Assembly: GCF_006345805.1 (NCBI RefSeq)
Contig: NC_043020.1
Location: 26,660,001-26,724,000 of the forward strand
DNA: 64,000 bases
Origin: Octopus sinensis
Taxonomy: Eukaryota
Reading direction: 5' to 3'
Under the pieces are notes generated by a model. That model ran no database searches, was not told the origin of the DNA, and saw only the letters and a list, made by a program, of their open reading frames with translations. The translations under genes and the position numbers were made by a program. Positions 38,819 through 52,166 of this stretch are shown here, piece by piece; within the stretch, counting starts at the first letter, position 1, and each line of letters begins with the position of its first letter.

Positions 38819-39393
38819 TGTGTGTGTGTGCTTTTGGTACAGAGTCCAGGATTCAGCTTCATAAAGCAATGATGTCAAAACCACCGACATATACACACCA
38901 ACTTTCACCATCAACTATACGTCATGGCTGTTTCGTAGCCCGTGATAAAGCTTACCGAAAGTGGAACTAGCCTTCCTGATTCTGGAGTCAATTTCTTTAT
39001 CCATCTTAGCATCACTGTACATAATGGAACCAAAATATGTGGAGGAAGAAACAGCTTTTAATGCTTTCCCATCAACATATACAGCACATGCTGTATAAAA
39101 TTATAAAATAGGAGGAACTAAATTTTGAGAATGAACAAGTAGCCATGTTCTATATCGACCTAATTATTGCTAATATACACTCTAGACAATATTACTGTCC
39201 AGTAAAGAGAACATGGAATTACCCATTGGAGGAATTTACAGAGTGATTGACAACCAATCGTAGTCATAGGCATTAAATCCTAATTGATGCAGTTAGCCAT
39301 AACCTGGAACAAAACTGAGAGCCATCATGATATCCACCTGGATAATATATCCCACTAAACTCACACACACACATACATACATATATATATATG

Positions 39394-39436
<43 letters not shown>

Positions 39437-39783
39437 CAAAATTTAGATTCAAATGAATGTGGTACTTAAATTAGATGCACCAGAATTTTGTACGGTGTTA
39501 TCCATATAAATCCATGGGGTGATTAAATAAAAATAAGCAACAAGATAAATTCTAATACCTCAATGTTCTTAACATTCAAATCAACATCTCTGTCTGTATA
39601 TCTACACTCTTTATAATGTTATCAATTAACATGAAAATAAGTATATGTATTGATGGGAAACCTCTATAAATGGCTGATGATTGCGCAACATTTTAAAACT
39701 GTTGTAATACTTACAATGTTTAATAAAATGATGTAACGTGAAACGATCGTACCAAATTACCGAAGATATTCTTGTTTCTTATT

Positions 39784-39822
<39 letters not shown>

Positions 39823-40826
39823 TTAGGCAGCCTTCAACTTCTTCTATCCGAAAGGGCTTTTCGACCCAGTATTTATTTACCATTATTTATAGCTTTATAT
39901 GTACTCCAAGAACTTATATTCCAAGAAAGAATTATTCCATATAATGAGCGTGCGTGCGGGTTTATGTCACATATAAACATAAGGGATTCTGTTGTGGGAA
40001 TATGATGTTTGTTAAGTTGTCGGTCTTTAGAATTGGAATGGCAGACTTCCAATAAAAAAAAACAAACAAAAACAAAAGGGAAAAAAACACCCTCCCATCC
40101 TCTCTTTTACCCACGACAATGGAATCTTGCGCAAACAAGGAAATGTTTTGCTGTGAGAAAGGAAAGAAAAAAAATCCTCTTGCTTTTTCTTATACAGGCA
40201 TAATATGTATTTATTTTCACTCTACAATTGCTAGAAATGAATTTGTATAATACGTAAATATATACACATGTGCATCTGTGCTAATATATACATACTTATA
40301 TTTATATATATATATATATATATTGTGTGTGTGTATACATATATTCTACATAGTTGATATAACATTGTATAATGTGTAAATATGCAATATATATATATAT
40401 ATATATATATATATGCTTGTATTATATGGTATATATATTTTATATATTTATCATATAACCTGTAGTCACACATCATATATGTGTGTATATATATATATAT
40501 ATGTACTCACACATACAATTATAGTGTATATATAACTATATATATATATACATATAATATATGTGCATATAATATTATATAATATATATATATATACATA
40601 TAATATATGTGCATATAATATTATATAATATATATTTATATGCATATAATATGTATATATGCATATAATATATGTGCATATAATATTATATAATATATAT
40701 TTATATGCATATAATATGTATATATGCATATAATATATATATGCATATGATATAATATAATATATATATATATACGTGTGTGTATGCATATATATGTATG
40801 TATATAAATGTATATATGCACATATT

Positions 40827-40870
<44 letters not shown>

Positions 40871-41199
40871 TACACAGATATATGTATGTATATATATATA
40901 TATATTATGTATTTATGTTTATATATATATATTTGTAAATATTCCAATCTATTGTTGTTGCATGAATGTTACAATGTTTTTTTTTGCTATCAACAATTAT
41001 GAATTGATAATATGATTATGCGTTTCGTGCATGAATGCGGTGGGGCGATTGTGTATAAAGCGTATTGTGAGAGACGGCACTCACCACAAAAACACCCCAC
41101 ATTGCCAACTGCATCGGTTCTCGCTGTCGTGATTGTTATCCTGTCTCCCATCATCCTCCTCATCACCAGCATTTCCTTCTTCGTTATTGCAACTCAGTC

Positions 41200-41935
41200 C
41201 CATTATCATTGTTGACACCATCTGCATTGCCACTGCCATCATCGTTGTCATCATCATCATCGTTGTCATCATCATCATCGTTGTCATCATCATCGTCGTC
41301 GTTGTCATCGTTCTCTGTATCATCTTCAACATCTGTTCCCAGCATCATTGCCATAACATCAACACACCCTCAAGACCATTATTTATACTGCTGCCACTAC
41401 TGCCGCCAACACCACCACCACCACCACCATCATCGCCATCATCTTCATCACCATCCCCATCCCCTCTGCCAACACCAACACCACCACCATCATTGTCATC
41501 ATCCCCAACACTACCACCACCACCCCCATCAACAATACTACCATCATCTTCACAAGCACCACCACCTTCATCACCACCACCATCAGCACTACTCTTACCA
41601 CCACCACCACCACTATTATCACAACCACCACCACCATCATTGTCATCATCCACCACCATCATCACCACCACCACCATACTACCATCATTTTCATATGCAC
41701 CACCACCTTCATCACCACCATTAGCACTACTCTTACTACCACCACCACCACTATCACAACCACCACTACCACCACCACCATTATTGTCATCGTCCACCAT
41801 CATCCCTAACACCACCACCACAACCATCAACAATGCTACCATCATCTTCACAAGCACCACCACCTTCATCACCACCATCATCAGCACTACTCTTACCACT
41901 ACCACCACCATCATCACCACCACCACCACCACCAT
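41200..41935. repeat. (CAC/CAT)n cryptic repeat
   Basis: Poly-P/H/T pseudo-ORFs with no splice context. Confidence 0.9.
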
Positions 41936-42063
41936 TTTCCTGCAATGTTTTTCTCATGAGACATCCTAATGCTTTAAAAAATAAGCATTTTACATATTTC
42001 TTCCCTCTTTTTCCTTGTTTTTTTTTTTTTGCTCTGTTCTCAATTCCATCTCACTTTGTGCAG

Positions 42064-42084
42064 CATCTGCTTGTTTTTAATGAT
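42064..42084 (+). CDS. Candidate 21-nt alternative microexon (HLLVFND)
   Basis: About 70-nt pyrimidine tract, CTCAC branch-like motif, gtgCAG acceptor, GAT|GTAAGT donor; open in phase 0/0 like the flanking Rbfox exons. No transcript evidence. Confidence 0.4.
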
Positions 42085-44024
42085 GTAAGTGCGATGTTGC
42101 TGCAATCAACTTGTCATTGCATCTGACATCGGAGATCTATCAGCTTTAACTGTATTCCGAAATTTCCATTTCTTGTCATGAAGAGACGTGTGATGGGAGT
42201 TTTAAATGTGAACCCAGAATGCAAGAAGCTGGAGCTGTAATTCCCACAGGGCATTCTACCTGTTGCTTTAAACAATCCATCCCATCTTCTCACTTGAATT
42301 GCTCCTTTATCTACTGACAGCGAAAGGAGAATAAGCAAAGTTGAACCCTGAAGGGATTTGAATGCTGAATATTGACTGCAGAGAGAGAGGACAAAGACCT
42401 CGGACAAACTAGCACTCATGATTTTTGCCAAACTGCTCCATTCGAGTGTGATCGTTACCAGCGTCACCTTACGGGCACGTGTAAAAACATTCGAGTGAGG
42501 TCGTTGCCAGTACCACCTGACTGGCCCCCGTGCCAATTGCACGTAAAAGCACCCAGACCAAGTACTTTCAGCTGTAAATACATATATAAAACAAACACAA
42601 GAAATTGATAAATTTTTGTTTTTCATCCTTTTGGGTGGGAGGATAATTAAATAAGTACCAGTTATGCACTGGGGCTGATGTAATCGGCTTAATCCCTTCC
42701 GCCAAATTTGAGGCCTTGTGCTTTCTAATAGAAAGAATTATTATTATTATTATTATTATTATTGTTATTAAAGGTTGACTTTGCATTTCATCTTTTCGGG
42801 GGTCGATAAATAAAGTACCAGTTTCGCACTGGGGTTGATGTAATCGACTTAATCCCTTTGTCTGTCCTTGTTTGTCCCGTCTATGTTTAGCCCCTTGTGG
42901 GCAGTGTCTGAGATAAGACGGCAAGCAGGCGACATCGTTAGTGCATCAAAGAATTACTATATTTAGCAGCATTGCCTCAAATATTTCATGTTCTGTGGTC
43001 AAATACTACTGAGGTCAACTTTGCTTTTTATCCCTTCAGGGGTCAATAAAATAAAGCACCTGCCAAATACTGGAGTTGATAAGCCCCCCCCCCCAATATT
43101 ACTGTCTTTGTACCAAAATTCGAAGCAGTCGTCTTTTAGATAAGGCGGTGAAAAAAAAAAACCATTAGATTTATATATAACAAGGATTTGCACTGGAAAA
43201 TGGATACAAAATAATGATGATGATGACGATAACGATGCCACTACCGCCAACGGTGGTGGTGGTGGTGGTTGTGATGATGGCGATGACGACGACGGCGGTG
43301 ATCCTAGTTCATTCATTATTGAACAGACTTTTAGCATATTTCATATTTTAACTCTTAGAATGCAAAACTGGAAGAGGATGCCAATGGGGTTGCTTAATTC
43401 TTATTGGACGAAGATAATGGCAAAGCGCAACTTTTGAGGCTATTAATCATTCCATTTTTTAGTGATTATTCCGTTTTATTTTATTCCACAAAGGCCATTC
43501 ATGCATATATGCATAAACAGACACATAATACTCTTGTGTGTGTGTGTGTGTGTGCATATCGCAGGTGTGGCTGTGTGGTTAACGAGTACGGTTTCTAATA
43601 TGGTATCAGGTTTTATCCCTCTGTGGCACCACAGGCAAATGTCACTTTCTATGACCCCGGGCTTCCCAATTGCTTTATGAGGAGACATGATACATGGAAG
43701 CTAAATGGATCCAGTCATGTGTGTGCCTTTCCATGCATCAGTGCATATATTTACATTACATATGTACACATATCACCATCATCATCATCATCATCATCAT
43801 TTAACATCCATTTTTTTCCACGCTGGTTTGGGTTGGACAGTTTGACCAGAGCTGGCAAGGCCAGAAGCTGCACCAGATTCCATTGTTCCATGTTTCGGCA
43901 TGGCCTGTACAGCTGAATGCCCTTCCTAATGCCAACCACTGGGTGCTTTTTTATGTGCCACCGGCATGGGGGTCACAACTACAATTTCCATTTGTTTTGT
44001 GATTTGAATCGATTTTGTTGTTTT

Positions 44025-44059
<35 letters not shown>

Positions 44060-44326
44060 GTATATATACATACATACATATATGTATGTATGTATGTATA
44101 GTAGAAATATAGTGTCATATCATCATAAATTAAACCCTTTGAGTTCTTTCTAGTGAAAAATTTATAGGGTAAATATAAGTTAACTTATAAAAAAAAACAT
44201 TTTCATATTCACTGCCCCCTCACATGGCAATCCACATACTCATGCTTACATAACCACACATATCCATACACCGTCTATCACAATATAATTATACACACGC
44301 ATATATATGCACACATATATATATGC

Positions 44327-44409
<83 letters not shown>

Positions 44410-44422
44410 GTATATATGTATG

Positions 44423-44482
<60 letters not shown>

Positions 44483-45826
44483 TATGTATGTATATATATA
44501 TATGTATGTATATATATATATGTATATATATATATTGTTATTTTATTGATGTGTCTTGATTGTTGATAGCCAAAAATGTTGTAACAGTCTTAATGTCATT
44601 TCATAGCAAAATATTCTTTCATTGCAAATTGTGATATATTTATCTGTTTTTTACGTATTTATTTATTTATATATTCATTCATTTATTTATTTATATGGTC
44701 TTTTATTTATTTATTTAATTATTTATTATATTTATCAAAAATATTTTAAAATGAGACAATAACTCTAGAACCTAAAATATATACATGACAATCCCTTGAC
44801 AAATTCTGCAGGAATTCACACAGAAATTTTCAAAGAAATTAGCCTATTTCCCTCTACTACTCCATCTATCATCCTTTTAGGGGTCAGTTACACAAGTAAA
44901 ACAGTACCAGTTGCGCATTGGGGTCAATGTAATCCCTGGCAAATTTGAAGCCTTATGCATTTAGTTGAATGAATTATTTAGCAGCATTTCGTCTGTCTTT
45001 ACATTCTGTGTTCAAATTCTGCTGAGGTTGACTTTACTTTCGCCCTTTCAGGGTTGATAAAATAAGTACCAGTTGAATACTGAGGGTTGATGTAATTGAC
45101 TTTACCCTCCTCCCCAAATTGCTGGCCTTGTGTCAAAAGTAGAAACCATTACTATTATTATTATTATTATTATTATTATTGGTGGTGGGTTGGCAGAATC
45201 GTTAGCACGGTGGATGGAATGCTTAGTGGTATTTTGCCCGTCAGTGCATTCTGAGTTCAAATTCAGGTGAGGTCAGCCTTGCTTTTCATCCTTCCAGGTT
45301 CAATAAATTAAGTACCAGTGAAGTACTGGAGTCAATTACATCGACTAGTCCCATCGCCCCCAAATTTAAGGCCTTGTACCTCCAGTAGAAAAGATTATTA
45401 TTATTCGCTGGGGTCGACTTTGCTTTTCGTCCTTTCAGGGTTGATAAAATAAGTACCAGTTGAACACTGGGGTCGATGTATTCAAGTTTCCCTCTCTCCG
45501 CCACTGGCATTATTATTATCATCAATATTCATTATCATTAAGACGGCAGAATTACAAACATGTGGAACAAAAATGCTTAGTGGTATTTCATCAGTTGTCT
45601 TACATGCTGAGTTCAAATCCTTCTGAGGCTGGTTTCTTTACAATGAAGTACAAGTCAGGATCCCCATCAAAGTTTCTGGCCCTTTGCAAAAATTGATGCG
45701 ATATTTCTTCAGAATGTCATGGAATATAATGACACTGCTGCAAATATTGGTTATTATGCAATATTAAGCACACGCACTCCACATAGGCTCAATAAAATGT
45801 ACTCTCTGCTTGGCAGATTTGGATCA

Positions 45827-45863
<37 letters not shown>

Positions 45864-45894
45864 TTAAAAAAGGAGATGTGGAACACGAGTTGTG

Positions 45895-46105
45895 ATATAT
45901 AAAAAAAGGAAATGAAGAAAATGCTGACAAAATAATTTAAGTAAGGGAGAGTGTTTTAATTAGGTGAAAGTTCTTTTTACCGGTTGCGCATTTGTTATGC
46001 ATAACAAATGCGCAACCGGTAAAAAGAACTTTCACCTAATTAAATACACTCTCCCTTACTTAAATTATTTTGTCAGCATTTTCTTCATTTCCTGTTTTTA
46101 TATAT
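45895..46105. repeat. Spacerless ~105-bp-arm palindrome centred on ATG|CAT (45999/46000)
   Basis: Arms differ by one 1-nt indel and one substitution. Confidence 0.95.
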
Positions 46106-46542
46106 ATATATATATATATTATTGATAGTAATGGTAAGACAAGAAAGGATATTATGTAAATAGAGGAATTTATCTGTAATATAATATGTGACAAATTATT
46201 CAGTTGCCATTATAAGACTGATTTTCAGTTGTCAGGCTGGAAAACTGCTTGGGCATCTCGTCAGTTATTGAGGCAATCAAAAATTGCTATGAAAATGACC
46301 ATTAAACAAAAGGAAATTACTATGTAGCTGACCGTTATTAAGACAGAAGAGCTATTAGAATGACCTTTAGATAAGGGGAAAAAAAACCAAAGGGGGGAAA
46401 GTAGACAAGTAAGGAAGTAAAAATGCTCATAGAAATCGCGTAAGTGTGCATGTACGTACATATACATGCGCGCGCACACCCACGCACATGTGCCTATATA
46501 CACACATATATATATATATATGTATGTATATATATATGTATG

Positions 46543-46574
<32 letters not shown>

Positions 46575-48008
46575 ATATATATATATATATTATATATATA
46601 TATATATGTAATATATATATATATGTATATATATATATATGTATATATATATATGTATATGTATATATATGTATATATATATATATATTATATATATATG
46701 TATGTATATATATATATATATGTATTATATATATATGTATAATGTATATATATATATGTATATGTATATATATATTGTATATATGTATATATATGTATAT
46801 ATGTATATATATATATATATGTCTATATGTATATATAATATATATGTCTATATATATATAATATATGTATATATATATATATGTCTATATATATATATAT
46901 ATTGTATATGTATATATATGTATTATATATATGTATATATATATATGCCTCTGTGTGTGTGTATGTATATATATTGTGGGTGTCTTTCTAGTAGTTTGTC
47001 TAAAGAAAACCAACTTTACAACACTAATTAAACAACATATCCCCTCCCCCACCCACATTAAAAAAAAAACCCTTTTTTTAATCCATGTTAATTAAGAAAA
47101 TTATCAGAATTTAATTTGATTCATATTTCTTTGAAAATCTCTGAGAATTCCTGTGTGAAGCAAAAAGAATGGAAACGTTTTTTGCAACTCCTCTCAATAC
47201 CCACTCGTGCTTCCCTCATGCAACCTTCATCATCAGAAATTAAAAGAAAAGAATATTAAATAAAAAAAAAAACAAACATTCAAGCAATGAAAACAAACCT
47301 GTTGGGGGATCTCTCTCTCTTACTCTCTCCTCTCTCTGTCTCTCTTCAGTATCTGTTACCCTCCCCCCTTTTTTTTCTTCTGGTTCTTATATGTTGGTGT
47401 ATGTCATCACGATTTCTTATAACTAAATATTAAGCACAGAATAAAATAAAAGAAAATATATGATAAATACTACCACCACCACCGCCACCACTACTACTAC
47501 TAGTACTATCACTGGTAAAACTACCACCACCACCATTACCACTACCAGCATCACCATCATTTATTTACACCACCGTTGACAATGTCATTTAACATCGATG
47601 ATAGCAACTTTACCATTGCTGGCAGTTATAGCACCATCACCATTAACCATGCTGTTGGTAATGTTGTTGATAGTAACAAAAAAAAAACAAACAAAAAACA
47701 CCAGTTCCCCACCCCCTCTGCCACCGCCACCTACTACTACTACAACAACAACAACAGTAACATCACTTCCACTACCACCATCATCATCATTGTCAACAAC
47801 AATACTGTCACCACCACCAAGAACTACCACCACCACCACCACCACCACCACAGCAGCAGTAGCAGTGACTGCTACACTATCACTCCCTCTCACTACAACC
47901 ATCACCACCACCATCAACAAGAAACAACTGACTCCCTATAACTATCTCGTCATCCTCAAAGTTCTCTCCTCAGCCCTTCTACTATAGTAAGCCATCACAC
48001 TATATTAC

Positions 48009-48039
<31 letters not shown>

Positions 48040-48057
48040 CATATATATATATATATA

Positions 48058-48369
48058 TCACCGTGATCACCGTGACTGACCAGGCTATCAGATGTTGCTA
48101 CACATCGCTGGTCACAATGCGCTTCGCATTGTTTTAGCCTTCGAATGACGCCACCCCGCTGGCTAAGCGAGCAGGTCAACAGAAGAAAGAGTGAGAGAAA
48201 GTTGTGGCGAAAGAGTACAGCACAGATCGCCACCACCCCCTGCCGGAGCCTCGTGGAGCTTTAGGTGTTTTCGCTCAATAAACACTCACAACACCTGGTC
48301 TGGGAATCGAAATTGCGATCCTACAACCGCGAGTCCACTGCCCTAACCACTGGGCCATTGCGCCTCCAC
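48058..48369 (-). mobile_element. tRNA-headed SINE, same family as 38131-38446
   Basis: Colinear match over about 310 bp. Confidence 0.85.
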
Positions 48370-49505
48370 ACACACACACGCACACACATATATTTTTGTC
48401 AAGCTAATGAGAGAGGCGATACATTATTATCTGACATGCCAGAGCTAACAGCCAAATACTATACACTTTAGCAAGTTAACTCTTCCCTGATTGATCTGGG
48501 CTAAGCAGGATTGTTAGAGCATCTAGCAAATACCTTGTAGTGTTTGTTTTGGCTCTTAGCATTTCTGAATTCAAATCTCACTGCAATCATCTTAACCTCT
48601 CATCCTTCCAAATGTCAGTAGAATGACGTACCTACTCTCTTTCTCTTTTGCTCTCTGAGAGTTGGTTGCATTGCATTGTGGGAAGGACATTGGCGATACA
48701 ACTTTTATTCCAAGACATCTGTTCTATTGAAAGAATGTGGCTCTGTGAAAGCTCTGGCAGGCACATTGAGATAATGTGGTTTAGGTTTCCCTGCAGGAAG
48801 GGAAAAAAAATTGGGATGGTCATGGTTGGAATGTTATTGATCCTAGGTTTATTTGACCAGAATTGGCAAGAGACGAAACAACATGAACCCTATGTTGCTA
48901 CCACCATCATGCTACCCCTACCACCAAGATGACTGCTACTATGAAACCATCACCAACACCAACACTATCTCTACACCACTACCTGCAGCACCACTTCCAT
49001 GCTACTTCCTCCACTATGACTGCTGCCAACACCTCATTTCAATCATCACACACCACCACTACCTCTTTGTAGAATCATACATCACTACCACCACCACCTC
49101 CACCCAGGATACAGCAATTACAAAAGGGTGGGTCAGATATGCAAATTAGTAATTTAGATGGGAGTATGCAAATTCAATGACTTGCTGCATAAAATTTCTA
49201 CCAAATTAAATTGGACAGTCCTCTTCAGCATCCCCCCCCTCTCTCTCTCTCTCTCTAAAATTGCTCCAAAATCACAAATTTGTATCATACATTAAAGCGC
49301 ACACACACCCACGCAGAGAAGTAAGCATATGCACATAGACAAACACACACAGACACACGTAAAGCTATGCATATACGGATATCATAAATAAAATTGTCTC
49401 TTTGATATTAGAAAATGTTAAAAAAGAAACATTTACACATCACCATCATTATATACCTCTTGTTCTTTCATATGGGCTTCTCTCTGTCTGTCTATCTCTC
49501 TCTCT

Positions 49506-49549
<44 letters not shown>

Positions 49550-49965
49550 ACACATACACACATACACAACTCATTATATGACTATAAATGGTGGTGTTCT
49601 GATAATGTATATACTCTACCCTATATATATATATATGTGTATATATATATATATGTGTGTATATCTATATATATATATATCTATTTTATTTGAAAAATTA
49701 AAGCGAAAGCTTCATTAACAAACGAACAGAAATTTTTTTTGTAAAAAAAGAAAAAAAAAGCCAAAGAAGGAAAAGTTTAAAAAATACAAAAAAAAAACCA
49801 ACAAAAGAACACAACACTAAAAACAAAAGAAAAAAGTAATTGAAAGAGTAGATTAATAAAAAAAAATTATATAAAAAAAACCCTCGCAAAATTTCCTTTT
49901 TTTTTTGTTTAGAAAACCGCACTACATTTTGCACGATTTTAATGCATGCTTGACTTAATGCTATT

Positions 49966-50262
49966 GTCATTATTATTATTATTATTATTATTATATTATT
50001 ATTATTATTATTATTTTATTATTATATTACTATTATTATTATAGTACTATTATTATTATTATCTTCATCCTCATCATCATTATCATCATCATCATCATCA
50101 TCATTATCATTATTATTATTATTATGATATTACTATTATTATTACTATTATCTTCATCCTCATCATCATTATTATCATCATCGCCACCCTCATCATCATT
50201 TATTATTATTACTATTATTATTATTATTATTATTATTACTATTACTATTATTATTATTATTT
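49966..50262. repeat. (ATT)n/(ATC)n microsatellite abutting the 3' splice site of the 93-nt exon
   Basis: Only about 9 nt (ttttcctcg) separate it from TGCATGCAG. Confidence 0.95.
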
Positions 50263-50268
50263 TCCTCG

Positions 50269-50274
50269 TGCATG
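50269..50274 (+). promoter_or_regulatory. TGCATG Rbfox-binding element directly upstream of the CAG acceptor
   Basis: Sequence cctcgTGCATGcag|GGA; UGCAUG is the established Rbfox target. Confidence 0.8.
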
Positions 50275-50277
50275 CAG

Positions 50278-50370
50278 GGATTTGGTTTTGTAACTTTCCA
50301 AAATAGCGCTGACGCCGACCGAGCACGTGAAAAACTGAACGGAACAGTTGTTGAGGGCCGAAAAATTGAG
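50278..50370 (+). CDS. Rbfox: Rbfox-family 93-nt RRM second-half exon ([31 protein letters not shown])
   Basis: tgcatgcAG acceptor at 50276-50277 and GAG|GTGCAT donor at 50371; 31 codons, phase 0/0. Contains RNP1 (K)GFGFVTF. Not listed in the ORF track because no ATG precedes it. Confidence 0.97.
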
Positions 50371-50371
50371 G

Positions 50372-50377
50372 TGCATG
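50372..50377 (+). promoter_or_regulatory. TGCATG Rbfox-binding element overlapping the 5' splice site
   Basis: Sequence GAG|gTGCATGgtt. Confidence 0.8.
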
Positions 50378-51945
50378 GTTAATTATCAGATGTGGTACTT
50401 GCAACTACACTGAAAGCCATATTTTTTTTCATTCTCTATCTTCTTGTCTTTCCTCTTCTTCCTCCTCATAAAAAAAAACACCTTCCTTTCTTTCTTTTTT
50501 ATTTTTTAAATGTTTCTATCTGTCTACCTTTATCTATCCCTCTGTCTATCCTGCCCTACTTTCTTATATATATACATATATATATACATGTGTGTATATA
50601 TGAATATACACACATAAACACACACACATATGCAAGTTAGCAAAATATATATATGGTCACATTTTCAAATATACACATAAATTTGGCAAATATATTCATT
50701 ATATTTATAGACATACAACTAAGTATCTATACACATGCTTGTGTATATGTGTGTATATACATGCATCAACCCATGCTAACATGGAAAGCAGAAGTTAAAT
50801 GATGATGTGTGTGTATACACATAACAATCAAAGAAATTTTGATGTGTCCAGGTAGATATGATGTACCTGGAAATTAATCTCCGTGTGTGTATTGTATATA
50901 TGTATATATATTTATTTATCTCCAAATCTTTTCTAATTCTCACATAAAATTGTACCCTGTTAACATTAAACAAAGCTATTTTTAATACCAGTTATATACT
51001 GTAGGTGAGGTATTTCTCCTAAAAATTTAGGGCCTTGTGTTGTGAGAACAGGTGTGAAGGTATGAAATCCTATGAGTCAGGAATTTCATATGCTGTCTTT
51101 CATTACCTGCCTCGATTTCATGGAATCAAACACTTGTTGATTCCTTAAAATACAAGAGCAATGAAGTACACTAGTCTATGATTCTGCTCTCTATGACTGC
51201 CGGAATCATTCTTGTGTCATACAGAACATTTGGCAGCATTTCTTTCAGGTCTTTACATTCAGAGTTTAAACTCTGCTGAGGTTAAAATTATACCTTTCAC
51301 CTTTAATAAGACATTACTAGTTTCGTACTTTTTTAATTAGATTCTTTTCCTCTAAAATTGCTGGCCTTGAGGTGGCTGAATTGTTAGCATGCCAGGTGAA
51401 ATGTTTAGCGGTATTTTATCTGCCACTACATACTGAGTTCAAATTCCGTCGAGGTCGACTTTGCCTTTCATCCTTTCAGGGGTTGATAAATTAAGTACCA
51501 GTGAAACACTGGTGTTGATCTAACTGACTAGTCTCACCCCCTCCAAATTTCAGGCCTTGTGCCTTTAGTAGAAAGGATTATTATTATTATTATCATTATT
51601 ATTATTATTATTATACAAAAGCTATTAAGTGTTAATTTAATTAGCAGAGATGTTATCTTGAGGTTTGGTGATAACAAGTCTCCTCAATTATTTAAGAATT
51701 TTTCTGAGGCTTCTTGTAGGACATAATTGCAAGTGCCAGGCAAAATGCTTAGCGGCATTTCATTCGTCTTTACATTTGGAGTTCAAATGCCACCGAGTTT
51801 GACTTTGCCTTTCATCCTTTCAAGGTCGATAGAATAAGTACCAGTTGAACACTGGTGTCAATGTAATCGACTTAACCCCACCTACGAACTTGCTTTGAAA
51901 CTGTTATTATCAATTTTATTATCTTTACTTTCCATGGTCTTTAAA

Positions 51946-52166
51946 CCCTTTCGATACCAACCTGGCTGAAATCGACTCTGGGTCTGTAGTACAAATGTTT
52001 TGTTTTCATGAGTTTTGAATTAAAATCTTCCATCAAACTTTAGTCACAATTTATGTTCCTAACACTAGCTTAATGATAACTAAGTTATTTTACTAAATTC
52101 TTTGTTATATTTAAAGTAATTGAAAGAAACACAGAGCATCTCAAAATAAATACAGTAACGAAAGGG
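51946..52166. mobile_element. piggyBac-like MITE
   Basis: Termini ccctttcg...cgaaaggg followed by TTAA at 52167-52170. Confidence 0.85.

Noticed and set aside
41133-41969. 278-aa proline-rich, extensin-like ORF
   Set aside because: It is a cryptic (CAC/CAT)n repeat open in several frames on both strands inside an intron.
42114-42626. 170-aa minus-strand ORF and overlapping 78-aa plus-strand ORF
   Set aside because: Partly SINE-derived, with no recognisable domain.
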